DNA of 64,000 nt from a virus. Lineage: Duplodnaviria; Caudoviricetes. Location: the IMG/VR virus record IMGVR_UViG_3300008262_000001; one strand, given 5' to 3'. The notes under the pieces were generated by a model. It was not told the origin of the DNA and did not search any database. It saw only the letters and a program-made list of their open reading frames with translations. A program made the position numbers and the translations under genes. This document shows, one piece after another, positions 19,164 through 28,271 of this stretch (positions are counted from its first letter, which is position 1; each line of letters starts with the position of its first letter).

Positions 19164-20936
19164 TTAGATAATAGCAGTGTTTGTTCCAGCGTTAACGTGG
19201 AAGCAGATGTACATTGTTTCTGGAAGGTGACCAGCTTCAACAAGAGCGTATCTTGATTTAACTGCGATCTTCGGTGACATTGTACCTTCAGAGATTGTCT
19301 GAATAGATTCAGCCATCATGTAAGGCATGAACTTCATACCTGGCTCATCATCAGCACCTTTTCTACCAACTAATACTCTTGTATCACTGAACTGCATGTT
19401 CTGATCAACATATACAGTCATACCAGCAAGTGAACCTACTGGGTAAAGTGTACCGTTGTTCTGAGTAAGAGTGTTAGTAAACGGAGCGAATGTGAACTGA
19501 CTGATGTCTTGTAAAGCAGACGCGATTTGTGAGTTAGTAACGATGAAGTTAGCAGGACCTCTACGACCTCTGTTAGCAACTACGTTAGCAGCAGCTAAAA
19601 TACGGCTGTAAAGTCTTCTTTGAACTGTTGATAAGTTCTCAAAAGTACCTGAAGCAGGACCAGCAACTGAACCTGGCTTAGCAGAACCTGTGATAGCAAG
19701 ACCCATTTTACCTACGTAATCTGGAACTGCATAACCTGAAGCAGCACCACCAATTACCAAGTTAAGGTTAAGGTTAGTTTGCTCAGTTACTAAGAACTGT
19801 GAGTGGTTTGACCAGCCAAGAGCAAAACCTCTTGATAGAATGTGCTTGTTAATAGCCTGAGATACCTCGTTAACAAGAGCGTTTTCGATCATAGAAACTA
19901 CGTCGATACCGAACTGTTTGTTAAGGTCTTGGATTTGCTCAGTTGTAACAGAAGCAGCAACTTGGAAAGTACCAGCTTCTACAAACTTAGTGAATGTAGA
20001 AAGACCAAGTGACTTGTAATAAGTTGATTCTGCAACACCTCTTAACATTGGATCGTAGTTTTGTGTGCCATCTACGTATGGACCTTGCCAGTTATTAGTG
20101 TTAGATTGACCAGCACCAGAGAAACCTTGAATGTGATCTTCTAATGTCTTAACCAATACTGCGTTACCACCGGAGAAAGCAAGAACGTTACCAGTTGTAG
20201 TCATAGTTTGGTCGTTAGCCTGGCTTGATGCTAAACGAATTTCAGAGTTAGCAGTAACTGTTGTGGCAATAGAATCACCAGAAGTTAATGCAGTGATCTG
20301 GAAAATTGGGAAACCGTCAATACGTGAGTATCCAACAAATTTACCTTTAGCAGAATCGGATGATGCAGTAGCTCCAGTAACTAAGATGATGTAGTAACTA
20401 CCAACTGTTAGAGTACCAAATACAGGAGAAGCAACAGCGATAGGCACCTTAATCATATCAGGTGTGTTTGCAGTAAAGTTGGTAGTAGTATCTGTTGAAG
20501 TACCAGACAAAGTACCACCTGCATACACATAGTCAAGATAAGAAAGTACCCCTGTTGGTCCGCTCATTGGAATAACAGGAACAATGTCAAAACCAACGGT
20601 TTTAGCAGCTACCTGAATAGCCAATGGAAGAAGTGAAGGGAACTTATCACCAGAACCTACATAAGGAGTACCAGCGTTGTAAGTGTTGTTGTAGTAAAAA
20701 CCAGCATTACCTGGGCCAGCTGCTGCATTACTACCGGAGTAGTTACCAGGAGGCATGATGGCACCCATACCATTTAAAGCACCGAGAGAGTTGTAAGCTC
20801 CAGCAGATTCGTTAAGTGAGTGGAAGTGGCAATATTTAGAAAGCCATTCTACTTTTGAACGATCAGTCATGCCGGTCTTGCTCTCAATAATGGGAGACCA
20901 TGTTTCGTAGATCTCGTTTTGATTTAAGAGTTGCAT
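19164..20936 (-). CDS. gp23: major capsid protein (T4 gp23-like)
   Basis: TWSPIIE, GFDIVPVIPMSGPTG, NEVSQAINKHI, ANRGRRGPANFIVT, GSLAGMTVYVD, MPYM, PKIAVKSRYA. Confidence 0.93.
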   Translation of the reverse strand: MQLLNQNEIYETWSPIIESKTGMTDRSKVEWLSKYCHFHSLNESAGAYNSLGALNGMGAIMPPGNYSGSNAAAGPGNAGFYYNNTYNAGTPYVGSGDKFPSLLPLAIQVAAKTVGFDIVPVIPMSGPTGVLSYLDYVYAGGTLSGTSTDTTTNFTANTPDMIKVPIAVASPVFGTLTVGSYYIILVTGATASSDSAKGKFVGYSRIDGFPIFQITALTSGDSIATTVTANSEIRLASSQANDQTMTTTGNVLAFSGGNAVLVKTLEDHIQGFSGAGQSNTNNWQGPYVDGTQNYDPMLRGVAESTYYKSLGLSTFTKFVEAGTFQVAASVTTEQIQDLNKQFGIDVVSMIENALVNEVSQAINKHILSRGFALGWSNHSQFLVTEQTNLNLNLVIGGAASGYAVPDYVGKMGLAITGSAKPGSVAGPASGTFENLSTVQRRLYSRILAAANVVANRGRRGPANFIVTNSQIASALQDISQFTFAPFTNTLTQNNGTLYPVGSLAGMTVYVDQNMQFSDTRVLVGRKGADDEPGMKFMPYMMAESIQTISEGTMSPKIAVKSRYALVEAGHLPETMYICFHVNAGTNTAII

Positions 20937-20947
20937 TTTATTAGATC

Positions 20948-22993
20948 TTATTTTTTAAATCTTTTGTCTAATTCAGCTGCGATGTTTGCGATATAGCTGT
21001 TGCTAATTCCGCTGTTCGTAGCATTATTAGGGTTTTGGGACTCGTCTAATCTTTCCAAATTAGCCTGTGGAGCTTGAAATCCTCTAGTTCTCCAGAAGTT
21101 GTTAATCTGATAAGGAGTGTCTAAGTGATAGAATTTACTTTGAGCAACAATTGATGCTTTCTGTGATTCATTCAAAGAGTTCCAAACAGGTACCAAATCT
21201 TGTGGTATCATATCGAGGAATTTTTCTCCAGACTGAGCTTGTTCAGTTAGAGCAGATCCCATAATTTGAACTACGTCCATACCTGAACTGTAATTCTGCT
21301 CATTAAGAGCTTTAACGACCTTTTGTTTTTCGGCCTCGTTCAAAGAGATAAATCCTTTCTTTGTTTGTTCATCAACAAGCTTTAAGAAAGAATATTTATT
21401 TTCGTTTACGATTTCTTCAGTTTTGTTCTTGCTAAGTGATTCAATTAATTGATCGACTTTGCCAGAAAGTGAATTGTAATCACCTGAGAAACCAGAAGTT
21501 CTTTTTCCTTTTTCTACTGAATCATTAATTTGTTTAGCCATATCATTACCGGAATTTTTAATTCCTTTGTTATTGATAGACTCGGCCAAATATTGTGAGT
21601 ATTCAATACCAGATTTAACTTTTTCAGCTAAGTATTCTGAGTAGTTAATGTTTCCGTTTACTTTCTCACCAAGGTAATCTGAATAAGAAATGCTCTTATC
21701 TAGATTCTCAGCAAGATAATCAGAATAAGAGATGTTCTTATCCAATTTCTCTGCGAGATATTCTGAGTAAGAAATGTTTCTGTCAACGTTTTCAGCCAAG
21801 TATTCAGCATAAGAGATGTTCTTGTCCAAGTTCTCAGCAAGATACTCAGAATAAGAAATGTTCTTATCTAAGTTTTCAGCAAGATACTCTGAATAGGAAA
21901 TGTTCTTATCTAAATTCTCAGCGATATATTTGCTGTAAGCAATATTGTTGTCAAGATTCTCTGCAATATATTCTGAATAAGAAATGTTGCCATCTACGTG
22001 CTCTGCTAAGTATTTAGCATATGAAATAGCTTTGTCAAGATTTTCAGCAAGATACTTATTATAAGAAATAGAACCTTCTAAATTCTCTGCTAAGTAATCA
22101 CCAAAGTTAATTGCAGATTCTAAGTTCTCTGCAAGATATTCTGAATACTTTTCAAGTCTTTGAATTCTCTCCTCTAATGCTGAATCGTTGTTACTAGAAG
22201 TAGAACCTTTTGAAAAGGATTTCATTTCATTCTTCAAAGAATCCATTTCCTTTTTAAGAATGAGTGAATATTCGTTTAATTCTTCTGCTGTGACAAAGTT
22301 ATTGTCCATATTCTTTGTATTATTTGTATTTTCTAAAAGTTTAGAGATCTTCTCTATATCTTTAATTCTATATATCTGCGTGTTAGAATTTTTTCTCAAT
22401 CCTAAGCTCTCGTTTATATTGGTTAAAGAAGAAACTATTGAACTTTTGATCTCTTCTGCAAAGGAAGTAAAACCTAAGCTTTCGTATAAACTTTCGCTAA
22501 CTCTTTCTAATTGAGCATTTTCAAAACCAGGATCAGCTACTAGATCATAAGTAAAGATCTTCTTGATCTCTACTTTTTTATTTTCTTTTACGTTACCTGC
22601 TGCTCTAGAAGAAATAGAAATAGGAATACCTGCATCAACAAGATTCTGTGCAATTTTACCGGCTGGAGTATCAAGAAGCTTAACCTTGATCTTTACACAT
22701 CTGTCTTTATTATCATAATCTAAATCTGTGATAATGTGAGATATGTTCTTTAAAGAAACATCGAATTCTTTTGGGTGATCTAATTCACCAACCAAACGAT
22801 TTTGTTCAATCTTCTTTTTCAAATAATCAAGATGTGGCAAATATTCCTTCTCCTCGTAAATTCTATGATTAGAATTCTCAATTCCGAAAACTGCTGCTAC
22901 ACCTTCTAGAAAATATTCTCCTCCTTCTTTCTTACTTGAAAGATTTACAGTTGATTTTTCTAGAATCAGTACGTAATCTTGGTTTTTTTCCAT
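20948..22993 (-). CDS. gp21: prohead protease (gp21-like) fused to a scaffold/core domain (gp22-like)
   Basis: FLEGVAAVFGIENSNHRIY, VGELDHP, VSLKNISHII, LLDTPAG, ISISSRAAG, TYDLVADPGFENA, then a long helical repeat region. Confidence 0.88.
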   Translation of the reverse strand: MEKNQDYVLILEKSTVNLSSKKEGGEYFLEGVAAVFGIENSNHRIYEEKEYLPHLDYLKKKIEQNRLVGELDHPKEFDVSLKNISHIITDLDYDNKDRCVKIKVKLLDTPAGKIAQNLVDAGIPISISSRAAGNVKENKKVEIKKIFTYDLVADPGFENAQLERVSESLYESLGFTSFAEEIKSSIVSSLTNINESLGLRKNSNTQIYRIKDIEKISKLLENTNNTKNMDNNFVTAEELNEYSLILKKEMDSLKNEMKSFSKGSTSSNNDSALEERIQRLEKYSEYLAENLESAINFGDYLAENLEGSISYNKYLAENLDKAISYAKYLAEHVDGNISYSEYIAENLDNNIAYSKYIAENLDKNISYSEYLAENLDKNISYSEYLAENLDKNISYAEYLAENVDRNISYSEYLAEKLDKNISYSDYLAENLDKSISYSDYLGEKVNGNINYSEYLAEKVKSGIEYSQYLAESINNKGIKNSGNDMAKQINDSVEKGKRTSGFSGDYNSLSGKVDQLIESLSKNKTEEIVNENKYSFLKLVDEQTKKGFISLNEAEKQKVVKALNEQNYSSGMDVVQIMGSALTEQAQSGEKFLDMIPQDLVPVWNSLNESQKASIVAQSKFYHLDTPYQINNFWRTRGFQAPQANLERLDESQNPNNATNSGISNSYIANIAAELDKRFKK
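21575..22147 (-). repeat. coding tandem repeat of 14 x 42 bp (YSEYLAENLDKNIS consensus)
   Basis: 14 consecutive 14-aa units counted in the translation. Confidence 0.92.
22369..22376 (-). promoter_or_regulatory. putative internal late promoter GATATATA within the protease gene
   Basis: 59 nt upstream of an in-frame ATG at 22309 (MDNNFVT). Confidence 0.5.
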
Positions 22994-23006
22994 CCTTTTA
23001 TTTTTT

Positions 23007-23014
23007 TATATATC
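23007..23014 (-). promoter_or_regulatory. putative late promoter GATATATA
   Basis: 13 nt upstream of the protease ATG at 22993. Confidence 0.6.
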
Positions 23015-23019
23015 TTGAA

Positions 23020-25680
23020 TTATTCTGATTCCTCAGCCTTTTCAGCTACACCAGATGTGATTTCACCCATTCCCTCTGAAAGTTTTTCGAGATCTTCTTC
23101 AGTAATTAACTTAAGATTCTCTGCCAACTTAGCAGCATTTGCGTTTAGTTTAGATACACCTTCATCGCAAGCATCTTTTGCACTTTCGAAAGTAGTAGCA
23201 CCTCCACCTTCTGTAGGATTCTTAGTTTTGAAGCTAACAGGGAATGAAGGAATTTCATCCATATCAGTAACTATATCCTTGAAGAATCCACCTGCACCAC
23301 CAGAAGTTATCGCATTAATATTGCCTGCTAAATCACCTCCTCCGAAACTTGCATAATCAGTTTTAACCTTCTGCCATACAGATACTGCATTACCATCTCC
23401 ACCGTCAGTGAAGGTACCTCTGCAGAGAATTAAAGTTGAATAGATTGCTAGTAAATCTTGAGAAGAAACTGTACCTGTTAAACTGTTATAAATTCCTCTT
23501 GCCATTGCTTTAACAGCAATGCTTTCAATGTATCCGTTAAATACTAATACTGTAACCGGTTTTCTGTCGCTTCCTGCCCATTTAGCAATTGCTGAACCTC
23601 CTATAGCACCAGATGCTAAAGTAACAACGCCTGCCGCAGTTCCTAAGCTTCCTGCTGCTCCAAGTGCTCCAGCTGCACCAGCTACACCTGCACCTAATCC
23701 CCATCCTGCAGTTGCAACAGGTACTGCTGCAGATCCTGCAGCTGCACCAGCACTAGCAACTCCTAGAGATGATCCACCTACTGCGATAGGTGCTCCTGCT
23801 GCTCCTGCAGTTAATACTACAGCACCTACTATTAATCCAGCTACTATAGCACCTTTACCAGTATCGCTCCACCATTCTGACCAACTTTCGTCATAATATA
23901 TTGTATATGCTCCATCTGCAACTGGCTTAAGACCTTTCCATTTGATTTCTCCAGTTGCTCCAGTAGCACCTGTACCTCCAGTAGATCCAGTGGCACCTGT
24001 ACCTCCAGTAGCTCCGGTTCCTCCAGTACCACCGGTACCACCAGTAGCTCCTGTAGCACCTGCACACGGAAGCACTTTTCCTTGTGCTAAGGAATCTTTA
24101 ATACAAGAATCTTTCAATTTTGTTTTTGCATAAGCTGGCATAACTAAAGATCCTGTTGGACCTGTTGCAGCAGCTGGTGCAGGTTCTGCCGGAGCAGCAG
24201 GAGTATTCTTTCCTAATCTATCAAAGACAGATTGTTCGTCCAGTTTAGCAAAATTGTAAGACTCTTCAATTACAGAGTAAAAATCTTCAAAAGAAAGAAT
24301 TAAAGATCCTTTAATTTCTTCTCTTTCTTGGATCTTTTGATCAATTGTCATTTCTGAATGAATGTTCTCTAAAGCACCTGCTGGAATATCTAAATCGATA
24401 TCAGCAGGAGTAAGTGCTATAATAGCCCCGTACATTTCTTCAGTTAAATCTGAAGTTAATTGTTGACCTGTTTGTCCAGATAAATAACCCCAAACAATAT
24501 TTGCTGCTGCAGCTGTTCCTTTACCATATTTCATATCTGCTCCACCTTTTGCAGAAAGATACGTTTTAATAGAAGGAATAACCTCCATAAGCTTAGATTG
24601 AAGTTTTCCAACTTCTTTACATTTTGTTCCAAATTTCACTGGGAATTTACAGTCAGTTGAAGTAACAATCGGTTCTTTCTTCTTTCCTTCTTGTCTTTGA
24701 TCATCAGTTTTTACTGGAGCTTGATCAACACATATTCCTTTTGTTGCATCGAAAACTTTTCCTGGAGGACACACTGGAATAACAACAGGAGGAGGTGTAA
24801 GACCTTTGTTTTTTAAAGCTGCATCTTTCACTCTAGTGTATTCCCCTTTCTGTCTGATGATCTCATTGATGAGTCCATCTTGTTGTCTCATGTAATCTGG
24901 TCTTTTAATTTCACCAGATGCTGTAATGATATTTCTAAGACCCTTTCTATCGATCATTTGAAGATCTTGAGCCTTTTTATAAAGTCCAGCTGCAATTTCT
25001 TTGTATCTCTTGATGTCCTCATTGTCTTTGAGAACTGCTATATAAAGATCTCTATCGACCATTCCAACGAATCCATTTGCAGCATCCAAAGATTCTTTCG
25101 ATTTGTTGAATGCTTTACCTCTGAATTCTTCTTCCTCAGCTTCTTCAGTTTTAGCTTCTTTTACAACTAAACCCTGTTTAACAACTTCACCAAATAATTT
25201 AGGATTGGTTTTTTGTAACTGGGTTTCTCTCTGTTTTAAATCTTCTTCGAAGTTATTCAAAAGCTTAGAAACAGTGTCTTTCTTTGCACTATCAAAAAGT
25301 TTTGGATCTGAAAGAATTGGCTCAGTAAGAGCAAGTACTTCTGTAACAAATTGAACGTTCTTCGCATAAGCTTCTCTTTGGCTTGGATCCATAGCAGCTA
25401 AAGCATCCAGAACTGAAATAAGATATTGTCTGAAAGCACCAAAGTTGTTAGTGCCTAAGATCTTATTTTTAATCTCTTGGAATCCTCTAACACTCTTAGC
25501 ATTTTCCATTTTAGAATTTAACAAAACGGAAAAAAACTGGTTCATAACCGTAGAGAGAGATGATATAGTATCGAGTGCTTGTTTTTTCTTAGCATCTCCT
25601 TTTTCCTCATTTACGGAATTTTTCATGCTTTCGTAAATCGGATTAATACCTTTGTAGAAGTCTTTCATATTGTTATTCAT
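23020..25680 (-). CDS. large putative head/ejection protein: coiled coil, PG-binding-like domain, G-X-T linker, Gly/Ala hydrophobic segment, annexin-like repeat
   Basis: 886 aa; FGTKCKEVGKLQSKL...ADMKYGKGTAAA; GATGATGGTGG; GAIVAGLIVGAVVLTAGAAG...; MARGIYNSLTG. Confidence 0.6.
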   Translation of the reverse strand: MNNNMKDFYKGINPIYESMKNSVNEEKGDAKKKQALDTISSLSTVMNQFFSVLLNSKMENAKSVRGFQEIKNKILGTNNFGAFRQYLISVLDALAAMDPSQREAYAKNVQFVTEVLALTEPILSDPKLFDSAKKDTVSKLLNNFEEDLKQRETQLQKTNPKLFGEVVKQGLVVKEAKTEEAEEEEFRGKAFNKSKESLDAANGFVGMVDRDLYIAVLKDNEDIKRYKEIAAGLYKKAQDLQMIDRKGLRNIITASGEIKRPDYMRQQDGLINEIIRQKGEYTRVKDAALKNKGLTPPPVVIPVCPPGKVFDATKGICVDQAPVKTDDQRQEGKKKEPIVTSTDCKFPVKFGTKCKEVGKLQSKLMEVIPSIKTYLSAKGGADMKYGKGTAAAANIVWGYLSGQTGQQLTSDLTEEMYGAIIALTPADIDLDIPAGALENIHSEMTIDQKIQEREEIKGSLILSFEDFYSVIEESYNFAKLDEQSVFDRLGKNTPAAPAEPAPAAATGPTGSLVMPAYAKTKLKDSCIKDSLAQGKVLPCAGATGATGGTGGTGGTGATGGTGATGSTGGTGATGATGEIKWKGLKPVADGAYTIYYDESWSEWWSDTGKGAIVAGLIVGAVVLTAGAAGAPIAVGGSSLGVASAGAAAGSAAVPVATAGWGLGAGVAGAAGALGAAGSLGTAAGVVTLASGAIGGSAIAKWAGSDRKPVTVLVFNGYIESIAVKAMARGIYNSLTGTVSSQDLLAIYSTLILCRGTFTDGGDGNAVSVWQKVKTDYASFGGGDLAGNINAITSGGAGGFFKDIVTDMDEIPSFPVSFKTKNPTEGGGATTFESAKDACDEGVSKLNANAAKLAENLKLITEEDLEKLSEGMGEITSGVAEKAEESE

Positions 25681-26428
25681 TGTACATATTTGTATAAGCT
25701 TTAGAGATTAACTCTATTACCTTTTCTATATATCCTTCATTCCTTAATTTTTTGAAGGTTAGATTCTCTACTGAAAATTCACCGCTTCTCGATAAACCTT
25801 CTTTTCTCATTTCGAGAATTTTTTTCTTCAACCTTACTCCGTGCTTGTATATTTCTTCTGCAGAAACTGTTGAGAAATTTGAAGTAGAGATAAGATTTTC
25901 CATTTCGTGGATTTCTGAAACGTATCCCTCAAATTTCTTATCTACATCTTTGTAGTCAATTTCTGGAGGATTGTATTTTGGAACTCTTATCCATTCATTA
26001 TTTTTTAATGAGAATAAACCAGAAGCAATGTGTGGCTCATTAATGTCTTGAATATAAAGCTCAACATCATATCCTTTAATTTTCACCTTATGTCTAAGGT
26101 TCCACATGAATCTAGCTCCATCTAGAGCCTTTTTAACTAATTCTGTATTTTCGTCTATATCAGAAAATTCAATCAAGACATGGACATCTAAATCAGATTT
26201 ATCAGTCCAATTATAATTAGCCAAGGAACCAGTAAGCTGGATATCTTTGATAGGAGCAGTGATTTTTAAAGCCTCATAGAAATCTGAAGCTATTTTCAGA
26301 AGCTTTTCTCTTACTCTGGGATCGAATGATCCATCAATCCAAAAAGATGAATTGAGGTCTTTTTTGTAAAAATCTGTTCTCTCCTCGTTTTCAGAGACCC
26401 AAGCAAAGAAATTTAAGATATTGTTCAA
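25673..26428 (-). CDS. DNA polymerase beta-superfamily nucleotidyltransferase
   Basis: QLTGSLANY.W...SDLDVHV (GS...DxD), third Asp region YDVELYIQD; TTG start. Confidence 0.8.
   Translation of the reverse strand: MNNILNFFAWVSENEERTDFYKKDLNSSFWIDGSFDPRVREKLLKIASDFYEALKITAPIKDIQLTGSLANYNWTDKSDLDVHVLIEFSDIDENTELVKKALDGARFMWNLRHKVKIKGYDVELYIQDINEPHIASGLFSLKNNEWIRVPKYNPPEIDYKDVDKKFEGYVSEIHEMENLISTSNFSTVSAEEIYKHGVRLKKKILEMRKEGLSRSGEFSVENLTFKKLRNEGYIEKVIELISKAYTNMYNE
25727..25734 (-). promoter_or_regulatory. putative late promoter GATATATA
   Basis: In the 3' end of the NTase gene, 46 nt upstream of the ATG at 25680. Confidence 0.5.
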
Positions 26429-26449
26429 TTCTGGATATTAAGACCTTAC

Positions 26450-26457
26450 TATATATC
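26450..26457 (-). promoter_or_regulatory. putative late promoter GATATATA
   Basis: 21 nt upstream of the TTG at 26428. Confidence 0.55.
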
Positions 26458-26473
26458 CAGAAAGCTTTTGACA

Positions 26474-27169
26474 TTATGAAGACAATCTTTTGAAGCAGTT
26501 CATAGTACAAAGCACATCAGATTCGCAATAATCTTTGATGTCTTCTATGCGATTTTCTTTCCAATAGGAATTATGTACTTTAGATCCATCCATTCCATCT
26601 TTCGAAGACTCCACTCCTAAAACATGTGATACAAGTTCCAAAGATGAAAAAGTTTGTCCCCATGCACCAAAAGAGAAAACTTCAGCAAAATCTGTAAAAG
26701 CAGTCTCCCAAGGTTTTTTGTTCCATGTTTGAATAATAGGATCAGGAGTAATAGAATTAATGATCATTCTTTTCCCCAAGTATGGGATGTCAAAGTTCTT
26801 AATGTTTTGACCAGCTATTTTGAAATTTTTGGATCTTGAGTTGGCCAAGATTTTATTTGTTTTTTCAAGTATTTCTTTCTCATCATCTCCATAAAAACTA
26901 GTGATCTTTTCTAATTCCCCTGAATATGCTCCAAAACTGACACAAATAATTTTACCAAACTCTGGATGTAAAGAAGCTTTGTTTTCCCATAGATCATGTG
27001 GATCTGAAGATTCTCCTGGTTCAATATTCTTTTGTAACCATTTGCATCTCTTAATCCATAGCTGTGCAAGGGCAGGATCTTTTGAATTAACTTCTTCTAA
27101 TGTGTGATATAAACCAACAGTTTCAATGTCTATGAACAGAGATGAGTCTAAAAGAATTCTTGGTATCAT
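26474..27169 (-). CDS. stand-alone DnaQ/PolB-like 3'-5' exonuclease
   Basis: FIDIETV (ExoI), PEFGKIICVS, GQNIKNFDIPYL (ExoII), IKDYCESDV (ExoIII). Confidence 0.85.
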   Translation of the reverse strand: MIPRILLDSSLFIDIETVGLYHTLEEVNSKDPALAQLWIKRCKWLQKNIEPGESSDPHDLWENKASLHPEFGKIICVSFGAYSGELEKITSFYGDDEKEILEKTNKILANSRSKNFKIAGQNIKNFDIPYLGKRMIINSITPDPIIQTWNKKPWETAFTDFAEVFSFGAWGQTFSSLELVSHVLGVESSKDGMDGSKVHNSYWKENRIEDIKDYCESDVLCTMNCFKRLSS

Positions 27170-27183
27170 ATAATATATAAGTT

Positions 27184-27450
27184 ATGGAAAAATACGGATA
27201 TCGCAATATAAGTTCTAGAAACGAATTTGAAAAAGCTTCACAAAAAGACGGAAAAATTAACTATGGCCCTGTAGATGGTAAAAATTTAACCAACTATGAT
27301 TTCATTGACTGGACAAAGCAAGGTAATTGGGGAACTCCTGGACAAACAAGGTACTACGTAAAAAGTTTAGATTCTTTGGTAAAAGCAGACTCGATAGCAA
27401 GTCAAGCGATAATTAAAGAAAGAAAACCTAAAGGCTACGTTGGTTGGTAA
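27184..27450 (+). CDS. hypothetical protein
   Basis: 88-aa ORF filling the gap between two minus-strand genes; AATATATA lies 4 nt upstream. Confidence 0.6.
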   Translation: MEKYGYRNISSRNEFEKASQKDGKINYGPVDGKNLTNYDFIDWTKQGNWGTPGQTRYYVKSLDSLVKADSIASQAIIKERKPKGYVGW

Positions 27451-28251
27451 TTAACTAATCCACTTTTTGTTTAACCAAAATTTCCTACCTGTGCCATCGA
27501 CAATAGGTGAACAGACTTCTGAATTTGAATAATATCTCATCCAATTCTTAAAATTATTAGATGAATCTTCAATCTCTTCATTATTGAACCAGTCCTTTAG
27601 TCTTCCACCACCTATCTCATAAGCTTGTTTTGATATTTCATAACACATCCTTAAAACCTCGGGATTCTTTTCAATATATTTCAAAGCTGGAACCTGTGGA
27701 TCACTGTCTATTCTGCCTAAAATTTCTGCCCTTAAATAGTTACCTATTCCATTAAAGAATTTCTGGTTCATAAGAATTTCATACATCGGTTTTTGAAAAT
27801 CCTTTTGGTCCAACAAATTTAAAATATTTGAACTAAACTGATGGTATTCAGTTAAAGGACAAGGTCCTCTTTTATCACTCCAATTGGTGTCGATTCTCCA
27901 TCTTGCAAATCTTCTCAAATCATACATACAAAGGGCAAAGTTTTCACCCTTGAAGATTAGATGTGTATGTTTCGGGGGAGCTTCTTGATCTGTTATAAAT
28001 TTAAAATTTCCAGACATTCCCATCATGAAGAAAAGAGAAATCTTATTATGTTCTGATTCAAATCTAACTTCAAGCTCCTTTCCTCTTGAAAAACTAGAAA
28101 TCTGTGCTCCTTCTAACAGGACCTTAGAAATCTCTGTTAAATCCGTTTTAGATTTATGTTGTGGGTTTTTCCAAACCACATTAAAAATCTTTCCCGAGCA
28201 ACGATTATTTATATGGTCGCTCATAATTTTTATCTCTGCAATTTCTGGCAT
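27451..28251 (-). CDS. nei: Fpg/Nei family DNA glycosylase/AP lyase
   Basis: N-terminal MPE, RGKEL, MGMSG, DLRRFARW, H2TH motif LMNQKFFNGIGNYLRAEIL. Confidence 0.88.
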   Translation of the reverse strand: MPEIAEIKIMSDHINNRCSGKIFNVVWKNPQHKSKTDLTEISKVLLEGAQISSFSRGKELEVRFESEHNKISLFFMMGMSGNFKFITDQEAPPKHTHLIFKGENFALCMYDLRRFARWRIDTNWSDKRGPCPLTEYHQFSSNILNLLDQKDFQKPMYEILMNQKFFNGIGNYLRAEILGRIDSDPQVPALKYIEKNPEVLRMCYEISKQAYEIGGGRLKDWFNNEEIEDSSNNFKNWMRYYSNSEVCSPIVDGTGRKFWLNKKWIS

Positions 28252-28271
28252 AATTGCAAATATAAGAAAAA

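Noticed and set aside
21575-22147. 42-bp tandem units that look like a CRISPR array
   Set aside because: The units are contiguous with no spacers, vary mainly at synonymous positions, and lie in frame within the scaffold gene.
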